From a virus (lineage: Duplodnaviria; Caudoviricetes), in the IMG/VR virus record IMGVR_UViG_3300036851_000592, positions 1 through 56,092 of that record: a DNA stretch of 56,092 bases, one strand, 5' to 3'. Shown piece by piece: positions 36,932 through 47,837 of the stretch (position 1 is its first letter; every line of letters starts with the position of its first letter). Under the pieces are notes generated by a model that saw only the letters and a program-made list of their open reading frames with translations, searched no databases and had not been told where the DNA came from. Made by a program: the position numbers and the translations under genes.

Positions 36932-37530
36932 GCTGCCCTCCGCTCTTCATCGCGCCGCGATTTCGCGCGCCTGATCACCGGTCCCATCCGATGCTCGAAC
37001 ACCGGGTCGAGTTGCGCCATGCCATATTCCCAGATTCCCATCGCCTCGGCCGCGTGATGCTGCTTGGGCTCGATCAGCACGCCACGCTCGAGCGCCGCCG
37101 CGCACGCCTCGGTCTTGAACCAATCGGCGCGCTCGCGAATATTCTTCGGCGCTTGGTGCGTTCCGAGAAACGCGTCGCGCCATTCCGTTATGTTGACGCA
37201 GAATGCCGGGAGGCTGAGGTCGCCGGCGACGCATAGGATCGAGCAGGTGACCGCGCACTGCTTGAGCAGGACCGGCACGTTGACGGTTGCGCCCTGGCGG
37301 TGCGATCCCTTGGGCGTGCGGTTCACCACGAGGATCTGCTCATAGAAGATGTACTCGACGCCGCGCGACTTCACGAGATTCGTCAGCCATTCGCGATAGT
37401 GAGCGATCAGCGGAATCTCATTGTCCGCATAATCGGGATGTTCCTTGACGCCCCACGCCGGCGGCTCTTTGCCGTCGCCGGCAAAGAAACCAGTCAGCGT
37501 GGGACTTTGGTCGAGGCCGAGAACGAACAT
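36928..37530 (-). CDS. RuvC-like Holliday junction resolvase
   Basis: VLGLDQS..TG, IFYE, WR..F.G, HHAAEAMGIW. Confidence 0.7.
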   Translation of the reverse strand: MFVLGLDQSPTLTGFFAGDGKEPPAWGVKEHPDYADNEIPLIAHYREWLTNLVKSRGVEYIFYEQILVVNRTPKGSHRQGATVNVPVLLKQCAVTCSILCVAGDLSLPAFCVNITEWRDAFLGTHQAPKNIRERADWFKTEACAAALERGVLIEPKQHHAAEAMGIWEYGMAQLDPVFEHRMGPVIRRAKSRRDEERRAA

Positions 37531-37532
37531 CG

Positions 37533-37985
37533 CTAGTTCAGCGCGGCGCCTTCGCCTTCGTCATCACCGTCGTCGGCGCCAGCGCGACGCGACGCAGCGC
37601 GACCGAGCGGCGTATCGGCGAGCACGCCGAGCGCGGCCTGGATGTTGTCGAAGACGTCTTTCTGATCGTCGTCGAGCTTGGTCCGGATGCGCTGCTTGCG
37701 CTGCTCAAGCCGGTCATACGAGATCGCCGCCGAAAATTCCTTCTTCGGGATGCCGGCATTGGCGGCCGCCTTCTTGAACTCGGCGATCTCCTCGCGATGC
37801 GGGGCGCACGCCTCTTTGGCCGCCTCCATGATCTCGTCGATTTGCTCATATTTCTTGAGGATCGCCTTGTGATATTTCTTGACCTTCGAAGCCTCGAAGG
37901 TGCTGCTCAGGCTCTCCTCGCCGGACGTTTCATCCTTGTGGACGCGGCCGCGACCGCGCCTGCTTCTCTTGGCATCCATTACCAT
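37533..37985 (-). CDS. GapR/DUF2312-like DNA-binding protein (tentative)
   Basis: REEIAEFKKAAANAGIPKK...AALGVLADTPLG; GAGGAG RBS. Confidence 0.45.
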   Translation of the reverse strand: MVMDAKRSRRGRGRVHKDETSGEESLSSTFEASKVKKYHKAILKKYEQIDEIMEAAKEACAPHREEIAEFKKAAANAGIPKKEFSAAISYDRLEQRKQRIRTKLDDDQKDVFDNIQAALGVLADTPLGRAASRRAGADDGDDEGEGAALN

Positions 37986-38026
37986 GGTCAGATACTCCTC
38001 TGGGTTGTGCGGCACTGCGGCCGCGG

Positions 38027-38419
38027 CTACGCACGTGACGATTCGGGTCCGATGCGATCAAATGAATAGCGGCATCCTGGGAGAGTGTCGCCGAGCGTGC
38101 GGATTTCGCGGCGCGTCAGGCCTTGGCACTTGCGAACGAATTCAGCCTGCTCGGACGGCTTCATGCCGCTGAGTTTCGTATTGGCGTGATTACTCAGAGC
38201 ATCGATAGGATTCGCCGGCGCAAGATTATCCCACTTGCGCGCTTCGCCGGCCATCGCCTTGAGCGCGCGGCGCTGCGAAATCGTCTGGCCATGTGCGGTG
38301 CGGGTCTTGCGGGCTGGCGCGCGCCTCGGCTCGGGCGCCGGCGCCAGGGTCTGCCTGAACGCCGTCGAAAACGCATAAGCGATCTGGCCGACCGATCCGA
38401 AATGCATCGGCTTAAACAT
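38027..38419 (-). CDS. Hypothetical protein
   Basis: Coupled to the Cro-like gene. Confidence 0.55.
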   Translation of the reverse strand: MFKPMHFGSVGQIAYAFSTAFRQTLAPAPEPRRAPARKTRTAHGQTISQRRALKAMAGEARKWDNLAPANPIDALSNHANTKLSGMKPSEQAEFVRKCQGLTRREIRTLGDTLPGCRYSFDRIGPESSRA

Positions 38420-38637
38420 CAGGCCCTCCTCTTCCGGTTGACGGGCTGAGCGAAATCATTGGCTGTCACGAGGCCGCCGGTCTGTTCGGCGATTCGCTGT
38501 GCGAGATCGCGACTAGGCCACTGCTCACCCTTGCATAGCGACGTGATCGTCGAGGCAGAAACGTTCACGAGCAGCGCGAAGTGCGATCGTCTAATGCGCC
38601 GCTCGGCGAGGTATTTTGCGAGGATCATAGAGTCCAT
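38419..38637 (-). CDS. Cro/YdaS-like HTH regulator
   Basis: LAKYL...FALLVNVSASTITSL..G...PS...A.RI...TGG.VTANDF. Confidence 0.85.
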   Translation of the reverse strand: MDSMILAKYLAERRIRRSHFALLVNVSASTITSLCKGEQWPSRDLAQRIAEQTGGLVTANDFAQPVNRKRRA

Positions 38638-38750
38638 CGGTACAGCGCGTCGCATATCGCCGTCAACCGAAATTTCGGCCAAACCGCAAAAATAGCTTGC
38701 GCGGCTCGGCGACGCGGCTTAGCTTCTGCGTCGCATATGGAGCCAAGCCG
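38638..38750. promoter_or_regulatory. Divergent control region
   Basis: Strand switch; CCGAAATTTCGG palindrome 38667-38678; GCGTCGCATAT at 38647 and 38728. Confidence 0.55.
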
Positions 38751-40483
38751 ATGCAAACCAGCGACGACGCGATTGCCGAACTCGACCGGATTTGGAACGA
38801 GCGGCCAAGCACCGCCCATCATACCGCCTTGATGAAATGGCTGCGAGAGATAGCGCTGGTCGCCGGTAGATTGGCGGCCGACGACGAGCCGTTCAGCGCA
38901 GAGCAAGTTCGAGCGGGAAATTATGAATTGACTTGCGCCTTCGCCTATTTGACGGATGCCGATAAAAGAGATCGGCGTGGCCGCGAAGCGCGCGCGCTGC
39001 TTTTGGAGCATCTTGAGAAATTCTGCGACGGCATCGGATACGATCTCGTCAAGCGCGCGCCGCCCAAATGAGCCTCCGGTGTTTTTTCGGCTGGCATGAC
39101 TGGCGGCAATCCTCGCCGTGGGAACATAACGTTACGGGGCTTGCGCCGCTCGACTCATTGTTGCCTATTGCATTGCATTCGAGCGCGGTGCGCGAAGGCG
39201 TGAGACACATCCGTGAAACCGGCGAGCTGGGCAGCGTCTGCGCCGTCAAGTGCGCGCGCTGCCAGATCGAAGCCGACTGGTTTCAGGCTTACGGCACCGG
39301 CATAGGACCGCTTGATCCCGATTGGCATTTCCGCGATCGGCTCGGCGAGCCGCCGCCTATTTTCGATTGCGGCGGCTCGCGCTCATTCTCGGTTGTCCCG
39401 AGGCCGCGGCTCAAATGCTAGGCGGCCCGATTCCTCCGCCCGAGGGCTCACGTCTGGTGCGCTTGGCCGATCTGGAAGCGATCTTAAAGCTGCTTCCTCC
39501 GCCACCGTTCATAAAAGATGGCTTCCCTTACCGTTACGAAGTGCCAAACGCGCACGAGAATATCTATGCAATTCGTGCGGCTTTCATGGAAATGCTTAAC
39601 GCCGCGCCAGCGACTGAGCTTGAGCGTTATGTGCCTGACATCGTGAAAAATGCGATGCTAGTCGCGTGGCGAGAGATTTGCGAAGACACTGGCTGCCATC
39701 CGCTCGATATTGAGCATGGCAAAAACAAGCATCTGACCTTCCAACCACGCCATTGGGCTCAGTTGGCTGGGGAAATCGTCAGGACGCAAATCGGGCGATT
39801 TTGGATTGACCTTAAATGATCCGCCGCCCCATCCCTCAAGCGGAACTCTACGCTTGGCACACGCAGGCCCTGATCGATGTCGGATTCGGCCTGCTGTCGA
39901 TTCCAAACGTTCCCGAGGCCGGCTGGTATAAGCGGCGCCTCGTGCGCGGCGGGATGTTCGTACCGGCGAAGATTTGGCTTGAGCAGCACATTGATCCCGA
40001 GACCGGCGAGCTAATCGCCGATAGCCGATGGCTGTGTGAGGTTGCCAACATCCGAAAAGACCCTGACGAACAATGGGAATGGTTGTCAGGGCATCCGATT
40101 AGCGAAGCCGATTTCAGATTCATGATGGCCGAGCGCTGTTGGGCGGCCGAGCACGCGCCCTATGATCCCGTGGCAAACCCACGCAAGCCCGTCGACTGGC
40201 GCACCGCGCCCCTTCCGGAGTTTTGACGATGGCGCTCGAATTCACAAAAGATGTCGACGGCGACTATGTTGCCCTCAGCGGAAAAATTGAAGTCGGCAGC
40301 ATAATAGACGCCGTTTATCTGACGAGTTCAAATCCATGGCTATGGTATTTTGCTCTGGGTTATCCAGATAGTGGATTTTCACCATCGCTCGACGAGGCAA
40401 AAGCCATAATCCAAGCCGCATGGGATAAATGGCTTGCCGAGGCGGGCTTGATAGAGAACACGGAGACAACATGGAATCGCTGA
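38751..40483 (+). CDS. Five coupled hypothetical ORFs (38751-39071, 39068-39421, 39415-39819, 39816-40226, 40223-40483)
   Basis: Overlapping start/stop chain; none resembles a CI repressor. Confidence 0.6.
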
Positions 40484-41655
40484 CTGTGACTGAGCACGAC
40501 GAAGCCGCCAGGCACGGGATAGGCGGCAACCTTCCGCCCGCTTCGAAGCCGCCATCGGTCGAGGAGTTCACGAAGGAACTCGAACTCCGCTATGCGGAAT
40601 TCATGGAGCAATACCAGGCTTACCGCGAAGTTTGTGACACGGTGCCCTCGGATATCCCGGATGACGAGGTTCAGGGCAAGGTCGGTGACTTGCTGCGCAA
40701 GTGCTCGGTCTGGATCGCCGACGCGAAGACGCGGCGCAAGATGGAAAAAACGCCATGGGCTGATGTCGGCGACGCGGCCTATGCGTTTTTCACGACGAAG
40801 ATCGAGACACTCGACAAGGTCGCCAAGGGCATAAAGGCGCGCGCCGAGCAATACGCCCAAAAAAAACGCGATGAAGAAAAGGCCCGGCGCGAGGCCGAGG
40901 CCGAGCGCTTGCGCCTGAAGCGCGAGGCGGAACTGAGGGCGGCCCAAGAGGCGGAAGCGCGCCGGGTCGCTGCCGAGGAGGCAAAACGCAAGGCCCTCGA
41001 AGAGGAACGGCTGGCTCTTGAAGCTCGAGACCGCGCCGAGCAGGAAGAGCGTGACGCCATCGAGCGCGCCCGCAAGGCCAAGATCGAGGCGGCGCGGATA
41101 CAAGAAGATAGCATCCGCCGCCAAGCCGACGAAGCGCGACGGCGCAAGGAACAGGAGGAGGCGGACGAGGCGGCCGCGGCTGAACGTCAGCGCCAGTCTG
41201 ACCGTCAGTTGGCGGCCGCGCGTTCCGAGAAGGAGAAGGCCGACCGCGAAGCGGAAGATTCCCGCAGAGCGCGCGATAAGGCCGACCAGGAACGCCGGGA
41301 AGCCGAAGAGCGCAGTGCGGCCGCGCAACGCGATATCGGCGCCGCCAAGAAGGATGAGCGCGCCGGGCTCGATTCCGCGCTCAGGTCCGAACGCCGAGCT
41401 GACCGCATGGACGTGGCTGCGGCCGCGCCTGACCGGGATTTGTCGCGGGTGCGCGGCGATCTCGGCTCGGTCTCGAGCCTCGGCAAGAAATGGACGGCGC
41501 GCATCGTTGACACGACGAAGCTTGACATGCGCAAGCTCTGGCCATTCCTGACCGATGATGAACGGCTTGAAGCGCTCATTCGGTTCATGCGCTCTGGCGG
41601 CCGGATTTGTGAAGGCGCCATCATCGAACAAGTGCCGGATTTGAGAGTCTCATGA
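40471..41655 (+). CDS. Long coiled-coil protein
   Basis: IGGNLPP start; E/R/A/K-rich centre; upstream of RecT. Confidence 0.75.
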   Translation: MESLTVTEHDEAARHGIGGNLPPASKPPSVEEFTKELELRYAEFMEQYQAYREVCDTVPSDIPDDEVQGKVGDLLRKCSVWIADAKTRRKMEKTPWADVGDAAYAFFTTKIETLDKVAKGIKARAEQYAQKKRDEEKARREAEAERLRLKREAELRAAQEAEARRVAAEEAKRKALEEERLALEARDRAEQEERDAIERARKAKIEAARIQEDSIRRQADEARRRKEQEEADEAAAAERQRQSDRQLAAARSEKEKADREAEDSRRARDKADQERREAEERSAAAQRDIGAAKKDERAGLDSALRSERRADRMDVAAAAPDRDLSRVRGDLGSVSSLGKKWTARIVDTTKLDMRKLWPFLTDDERLEALIRFMRSGGRICEGAIIEQVPDLRVS

Positions 41656-41677
41656 ATCGAAAAGGAGCCTGAAAGCA

Positions 41678-42769
41678 ATGAACACATCTGTAGTACCATC
41701 ATCGCCGGTTCAGGGCGAAACCTACAACCTGCCGACCCGAGGCATGGCGCCAGGCCTTGCCATCATGCTCGATGACAAGCTCTACAAGCGATTCCGCGAG
41801 CTAGCCTATGACATGAGCGAGGCCGCGGGCTTCACGCCCGAGCATCTGCTTGGCAAGCCTTATGCGTGCTTCGCCGTGGTCACGCGAGCGATCACCTGGA
41901 AGCTCGATCCGATGGCGGTCGCCGGCTCGACCTACATGACGCCGGGCGGAAAAATCGGCTACGAGGGCAAGCTGATCCACGCCATCATCGAGAATTCCGG
42001 CCGGATCGAGGGCACGATCACATACGAATATTTTGGCGATTGGGATAAGGTCCGCGGCAAGCACGTCATGGGCAAGAGCGCCAAGGGTCACCCGATCCCG
42101 GTGCAGGGATGGAAACCCGAGGACGAAGAGGGTCTCGGCATTTTCATCCGCGCCCAGGTCAAGAAGGAAGCCGAGCCGCGCGAACTCCGGTTTCTGCTCA
42201 AGTCATGCTATCCGCGGAACTCGACGCTCTGGGCAACCAGGCCTGATCAGCAGATCTGCTATACGGGCGCCCGGGCCTTCGGCAATCTTTGTGTCCCGAC
42301 GCTGATCATGGGCGTGCCGTTCGACACCGATGAAGGCGCGGTCGGCACCATGATTGACGTGAGCCCGCGGCCTAAGCGAGGCGATTTCGTCTCGAAAGGC
42401 TCCCAAAGCGATTTCGCCGGCGGGGCCAAGAAGGAACCAGCACCGAGCCGAGCAGAAGATGTCGAGGACATCGATGGCGAGACCGGCGAGATAACGCCGG
42501 CGCCGGCGGCAAAGGACGAAGACGCCATCACCGAACCGCCCGCTGCGGCCATGGCGTCGGCTGAAGCTGAGATCCAGCAGCCGATCGAGGAGGAATTCAG
42601 CCCGGCTGCCGCGTACACGCAAGGCGGTGAAGCGCGCTTCGCCAACCAGGCAAAATCGGTGCCGAAGATATATCGCAACGCCGCCGCTCAGTCTTGCTAC
42701 TACGCTTGGCTTGAAGGCTACAAGGCGGCCGACGAGGAAATCAGGAACGAGGCGACCCGCGCAAAATAA
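41678..42769 (+). CDS. recT: RecT-family ssDNA annealing protein
   Basis: P.HL.GKP..CFAV...W.LDP.AVA, GYEGKL, RNS.LW...P.QQ..Y. Confidence 0.8.
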   Translation: MNTSVVPSSPVQGETYNLPTRGMAPGLAIMLDDKLYKRFRELAYDMSEAAGFTPEHLLGKPYACFAVVTRAITWKLDPMAVAGSTYMTPGGKIGYEGKLIHAIIENSGRIEGTITYEYFGDWDKVRGKHVMGKSAKGHPIPVQGWKPEDEEGLGIFIRAQVKKEAEPRELRFLLKSCYPRNSTLWATRPDQQICYTGARAFGNLCVPTLIMGVPFDTDEGAVGTMIDVSPRPKRGDFVSKGSQSDFAGGAKKEPAPSRAEDVEDIDGETGEITPAPAAKDEDAITEPPAAAMASAEAEIQQPIEEEFSPAAAYTQGGEARFANQAKSVPKIYRNAAAQSCYYAWLEGYKAADEEIRNEATRAK

Positions 42770-42789
42770 TCAGCAGAAGGAGAAAGTGC

Positions 42790-43540
42790 ATGCTATTTGA
42801 TCTCAACAAAACCAATCTCGCGATCGCAGAAGCGGTCGAGGAGCTTTGCGAAGCGATGCAGTCTGAGCGCAGCGCCGCTCGTGAAGCGCTCGAGGCGCTC
42901 AAGGCCCACTATGAGGAGAGCCTGAGGACTAGCCCGCAAACCGAGGAAGCGATCGTAACGGTTCTTGCGAACTTCGCCGATTCCCAGGAGAAGACCATCC
43001 GCTCGTTTTTCAACAATCAACGCGCGACCGAGACCAAGCTGTTGCGCCAGATCAAGCAACGGCTTGCCGACACCGAGCCGGTTGACACGGACGAAGCCGA
43101 GCGGAAACCGCACCTGCAGATCGCGTCAGGAGCGGGCGGGTGAAACTCGCCGACATCAAGGCCGGCGATCTTCTGATCGCCGGCGATGGTTTCGATTGCC
43201 TCGACAAGGGTGCGGTGCGTGAAGTGAAGGTAGGCACCGACCGAGGCCTGTTTATCGATTGCCGACGCGGCCGCCATTACCTCGACGGCGAGCTTGTCGG
43301 GTTTCTTAAAGCGGAGCCCGATGATCCTTGCCATGGGCCAGATGACCGCTGGTGCCCGTCATGCGGTTTGGGAGGTTCCAAGCTATGAGAGACAAGATGG
43401 GCAATTGCCCTCATTGCAAACATGAGGGAACCTTGGTGACCGGCAGCGTTGCAATTTGCATTGGAGGCGGCGCCGCCTGTCGAAATTGCAACGAGAACGG
43501 CATCGCTCGATCAGATGACGTTCATTCGCAACGCGCTTGA
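42790..43540 (+). CDS. Small hypothetical ORFs (42790-43143, 43140-43388, ~43385-43540)
   Basis: RBS and coupling. Confidence 0.5.
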
Positions 43541-43561
43541 ACCTTTCAGGAGACTGGACGC

Positions 43562-44500
43562 ATGACTTGGAAACCGAAGATCTGCATCTATCACGGCGGA
43601 TGCCCTGACGGGTTTACCGCGGCCTGGGCGATCTGGCGGCGCTGGGGCCGCGAGGTGCGGTTCATCCCGGCAACTTACGGCAAGCCGATCGCGATTGACG
43701 AGGGCGAGCTTAAGAACGCCGATGTGCTCTTCGTCGATTTCTCGTTGCCCTTCGAGGCGATCGAGGAGTGGCAAACGCATGCGCGTTCGATCGTGATCCT
43801 AGACCACCATAAGACCGCGCAAGAGGCGCTGGAGACTTATGCCACGTTCGATCTGACTGTGGCGGACCTTGAGCGCGTGCTCCAGGATGATGGGTCGGCT
43901 CCTGAACTTCCCCGCAACGTGGCCGTCCATTTCGACTCGGTCCGGTCGGGTGCGATGCTCGCATGGATATTCGCTTTCCCGAGACTGCCTCCACCTCTCT
44001 TCGTCAAATATATCCAGGACCGGGATCTGTGGCTGTTCAATTTGGGAGACGACTCGCGGGCTCACGCCGCCTCAGTCGCGAGCTACGTCATGAACTTCGA
44101 GACTTGGGAAATCATCGTTCATGAGTCCGCGCAATCGACGTTAATCCGTGAGGGCCGTCCCATTCTGCGCGCGCGAGAGGCGATGATGCGCAAGTTCCTC
44201 GACGAGGTCTTCTATGAAGAGCTTGGCGGCCATCGAGTGCCTTGTGTCAACGTGCCCTATGAGTTCGCGAGCGATACCGCGAATGCGCTTCTTTGGAAGT
44301 TCCCTGACGCGGCCTTTGCCGCGGCTTGGTTCATCCGCGGTGACGGACTCAAGCAATATTCATTGCGCTCGGAAGCCTCGCGCACCGATGTCGCGGCCGT
44401 TGCTGAGAAATATGGCGGTGGCGGTCACCGCAACGCAGCCGGGTTTCAGGTGCCGTTTCTTTCGGGACGCGATTCGATCAACTTGGCAAGCTTCGCGTAG
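43562..44500 (+). CDS. DHH/DHHA1 phosphoesterase
   Basis: YH..C.DG, LDHH, DRDLW, SLRS, GGGGH..AAG. Confidence 0.9.
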   Translation: MTWKPKICIYHGGCPDGFTAAWAIWRRWGREVRFIPATYGKPIAIDEGELKNADVLFVDFSLPFEAIEEWQTHARSIVILDHHKTAQEALETYATFDLTVADLERVLQDDGSAPELPRNVAVHFDSVRSGAMLAWIFAFPRLPPPLFVKYIQDRDLWLFNLGDDSRAHAASVASYVMNFETWEIIVHESAQSTLIREGRPILRAREAMMRKFLDEVFYEELGGHRVPCVNVPYEFASDTANALLWKFPDAAFAAAWFIRGDGLKQYSLRSEASRTDVAAVAEKYGGGGHRNAAGFQVPFLSGRDSINLASFA

Positions 44501-44613
44501 ATCGTTGAAGCGGAGCGAGCTAGCGCACTCGACATCGAAATCGAAGTGCTTTCAGAATTGAACAAGTAGGAATGGGGACTTTCCCACTCCTTTTTCCATA
44601 AAGGGGATTTCCG

Positions 44614-45648
44614 ATGGCTGAGCAGACCGCGATCGAATGGACCGACGCGACGTGGACTCCGATCCGCGCGCGCCATCTCAAGACCGGCAAGATCGGCTGG
44701 CATTGCGTCCACAAGAGTGATGGCTGCAAATTCTGCTACGCCGATGGCATCAATCGCCGTCTCGGCACCGGCCTGCCGTTCAAGCCCGGCCACGAGAAGG
44801 ATATCGAGATTTTTCTGGACGAGAAGATGCTGCTCGCGCCGCTGCGCTGGAAGCGGCCGCGCATGGTGTTCGTGTGCTCGATGACCGACCTGTTCGCCGA
44901 TTTCGTGCGCGAGGAATGGATCGACCGCATGTTAGCCGTGATGGCGTTGTGCCCGCAGCACACGTATCAGCTCTTGAGCAAAAGACCAGAACGCATGAGG
45001 GATTATCTCAAGCGTCTCGAAGAGGAGTCCATTCGCGATACGGTCAAGCGCTTCGCCAAAGCCATGCCGCCGCATCCATGGCCGAAGTTCAATGATATGA
45101 CATTCCCGCTAGCGAACGCTTGGCTCGGCACGTCCTGCGAGGATCAATCGACTGCCGACGAGCGCATCCCCGATCTCCTCGACACCCCCGCAGCCATCCA
45201 CTTCGTGAGCTACGAGCCCGCACTGGGGCCGGTGGATTTCCGCAATCTCCGCGACGGCACTTATGACGCGCTCACCGGTTGCGGCGATCGCGAGCGCCTC
45301 CACGACTGGGAAGACACGCCGGCACTCGACTGGGTAATCGCCGGCGGTGAAAGCGGCCCGAATGCGCGGCCGGCGCATCCCGACTGGTTCCGCTCGGTGC
45401 GCGATCAGTGCAAGGCGGCGGGAGTCCCATTCTTCTTCAAGCAATGGGGCGAGTGGGCTCCCAGTTACGGCGATCAATCGCGCGAGCGATTGGCAGTCTG
45501 CCGGTATGGTTCGGCACCTTTTCCAATCAAGGCTGGCGAAAACGCACGGCAGATGGATTTGCTTGACCGATGCCAAATGGTTCGCGTCGGCAAGAAGGCC
45601 GCCGGCCGCCTGCTCGACGGCGTCGAGCACAATGAGTTCCCGCGATGA
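44614..45648 (+). CDS. Phage Gp37/Gp68 (DUF5131) family protein
   Basis: TAIEWTDATW, C......C..CYA, FV.SM.DLF, GGESG..ARP.HPDW, FFFKQWG. Confidence 0.9.
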   Translation: MAEQTAIEWTDATWTPIRARHLKTGKIGWHCVHKSDGCKFCYADGINRRLGTGLPFKPGHEKDIEIFLDEKMLLAPLRWKRPRMVFVCSMTDLFADFVREEWIDRMLAVMALCPQHTYQLLSKRPERMRDYLKRLEEESIRDTVKRFAKAMPPHPWPKFNDMTFPLANAWLGTSCEDQSTADERIPDLLDTPAAIHFVSYEPALGPVDFRNLRDGTYDALTGCGDRERLHDWEDTPALDWVIAGGESGPNARPAHPDWFRSVRDQCKAAGVPFFFKQWGEWAPSYGDQSRERLAVCRYGSAPFPIKAGENARQMDLLDRCQMVRVGKKAAGRLLDGVEHNEFPR

Positions 45649-47300
45649 CTCATCCTATTCCCGACGAGGCGCTGCTTCAGCATATCGCGATCCTCGCCAA
45701 AACCGGTGCCGGGAAGACCTATCTCGCCAAGACGATCGCCGAGCGCCTGCTCAAGGCTGGCCGCCGGCTTTGCGTCATCGATCCTACCGGCGGCTGGTGG
45801 GGCCTGAGGTCGAACGCAAGCGGTCGCGGACCCGGGTTTCCGATTGTCGTGTTCGGCGGCCAGCACGCTGACATCGAATTGCATGAGAGTCATGGCGCGG
45901 CGCTGGCCGAAATCATCGGCGGCTCGTCGACTCCGGCGATCATCGACACTTCGCAACTACTCGTCGGTCAGCGCGTCCGCTTCTTTACCGCCTTCGCCGA
46001 AAACCTTCTGAGAACAAATCGCGGGCCTCTGCATCTGATCATCGACGAGGCCCACATTTTCGCGCCGCAAGGCAAGACCGATATCCAGGGCGGCCAGATG
46101 CTCCATGCCGCGAATAACCTGGTGAGCCTCGGCCGCTCGCGCGGGCTCAGGATCATCCTCGTGACCCAGCGTGGCGCCAAGCTTCACAAGGATTCGCTGA
46201 CCCAGATCGAGACGCTGGTGGCGATGCGCGTTCTCTCGCCGCAAGACCGGGCCGCGATACAAGCCTGGATCAAAGACAATGCCAGCGTCGACCAGGGCAA
46301 GGAAGTGATCGAGTCGCTTGCCAAGCTCAAGGTGGGTGAAGGCTGGATCTGGGCGCCCGAACTCGATGTGCTCAAGCGGGTGAAGTTCCCGAGCATCGAG
46401 ACTTTCGACTCGAGCAGCGCGCCGGCGGACGGGATTGACTACGCGAAGGTTCAGCTTGCGCCGATCGACCGGGATGCAATCGCGGCGCGCCTGACGGCGG
46501 TCAAGGCCGACGCCTTTGAAAACGACCCTAAGCGGCTCAAGGAGGAGATCTCGAGGCTGAAACGCGAAGCGGCGAAGGCCGGGGCGATTGATCCCGAGGC
46601 ACTCTCTTCGGCTGATCGCCGTGGCTACGAGCGCGGCTTCGCCGCCGGCATCGCGCAGGAACAGGAGCGGGCCGCCTTAGCATTCGCAGCAATCAAGACC
46701 GCAGTGCAAGATCGGATTGATGCGTTCAGGTCTATTAAATTTCTGCCTGCTAGGCCGCCTGTGGCGCTTTCCGCGCCGAAGGCACCAATATACCGGGGAA
46801 ACGGCGAAAGCCCTCAGGCCGCCCCGATTCCGGCCGGGACAGACAAATTAACGGGACAACAGGCACGAGTAGCCGACGCCCTCCGGTTTTGGCTGTCAGT
46901 TGACCAGCCGACACCCTCTCGCGAGCAAGTCGCGGCCGTCGCCGGCTACTCAGCCCGGTCAGGAAACTTCCGCAATGTGCTCAGCAATATGAAGACCAGC
47001 GGCCTGATCGATTATCCGGCCGACAACCTTGTGAGGCTGGTGGCTGACGCCGGCGCGGATCTGACCACGGCCGAGGCCCGAGACCGCGTCATGGGTGTCT
47101 TGAGCGGGCCCGAGGCGAAAGTTGCAAAGGCGCTCTCAGGATGCATGAGCCGAGAGGATGTCGCCGAGGCCGCCGAGTACTCGGCGGCCTCGGGCAACTT
47201 CCGAAATATCCTGAGCCGCCTTCATACGATGACCATCATCGAATATCCGGCGACCGGCCAGGTGCAACTGAGCGAATGGGCGAAGGAACTGATCCAATGA
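45645..47300 (+). CDS. HerA/DUF87-like P-loop ATPase with two C-terminal winged-helix-like repeats
   Basis: AKTGAGKT, IIDEAH, GRSRG, TQR; repeated YSA.SGNFRN.LS. Confidence 0.82.
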   Translation: MTHPIPDEALLQHIAILAKTGAGKTYLAKTIAERLLKAGRRLCVIDPTGGWWGLRSNASGRGPGFPIVVFGGQHADIELHESHGAALAEIIGGSSTPAIIDTSQLLVGQRVRFFTAFAENLLRTNRGPLHLIIDEAHIFAPQGKTDIQGGQMLHAANNLVSLGRSRGLRIILVTQRGAKLHKDSLTQIETLVAMRVLSPQDRAAIQAWIKDNASVDQGKEVIESLAKLKVGEGWIWAPELDVLKRVKFPSIETFDSSSAPADGIDYAKVQLAPIDRDAIAARLTAVKADAFENDPKRLKEEISRLKREAAKAGAIDPEALSSADRRGYERGFAAGIAQEQERAALAFAAIKTAVQDRIDAFRSIKFLPARPPVALSAPKAPIYRGNGESPQAAPIPAGTDKLTGQQARVADALRFWLSVDQPTPSREQVAAVAGYSARSGNFRNVLSNMKTSGLIDYPADNLVRLVADAGADLTTAEARDRVMGVLSGPEAKVAKALSGCMSREDVAEAAEYSAASGNFRNILSRLHTMTIIEYPATGQVQLSEWAKELIQ

Positions 47301-47837
47301 TCCTCGCGTCCCGCGAAACAAAAATCGTCGGCAATTATGTCGTCGCCGATGTGTCGTACAAAATGTGTAGCGCGACCAATTTCAAAGGTAGCACAGACAC
47401 GTGGTGCGAAATATCTGTCTACTTAAAACCGATTGAGGCTGCCGACGCGCCGCGGGAGGGCTGAGATGACAGAAGGCACGGAACTTCTGAACGAAGTCTT
47501 CGGAGAAATCGTCACCGCTCAGCGCGACGCTGCCGGAGTGATGAAATATTACTATTACGGCCTCGAACACTCGACTGACGAGGCGCTCGAGCTTGTCAGG
47601 TTTATGGGCGCCAAGCTCGAAGTCGAGCCGCCCACGGAGATCACCGAACAACCATCATCCAAGTACGAGGTTCCAATGCCACTCGAATTCTCGGCCGCAC
47701 TCGAAGCCCTGATCAAGGAGCACAAGAACGCGGGCGTCAGCGATCCGGCGATCGTCGAGGCGCTCTGCTTCGAGGCCTTGCAAGCCGCCACGCGGGCAAA
47801 GGATGGGCAGCCCTGGCACGGATTGAAAGCAGAATAG
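47297..47837 (+). CDS. Two hypothetical ORFs (47297-47464, 47466-47837)
   Basis: Coupled ORFs. Confidence 0.5.
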
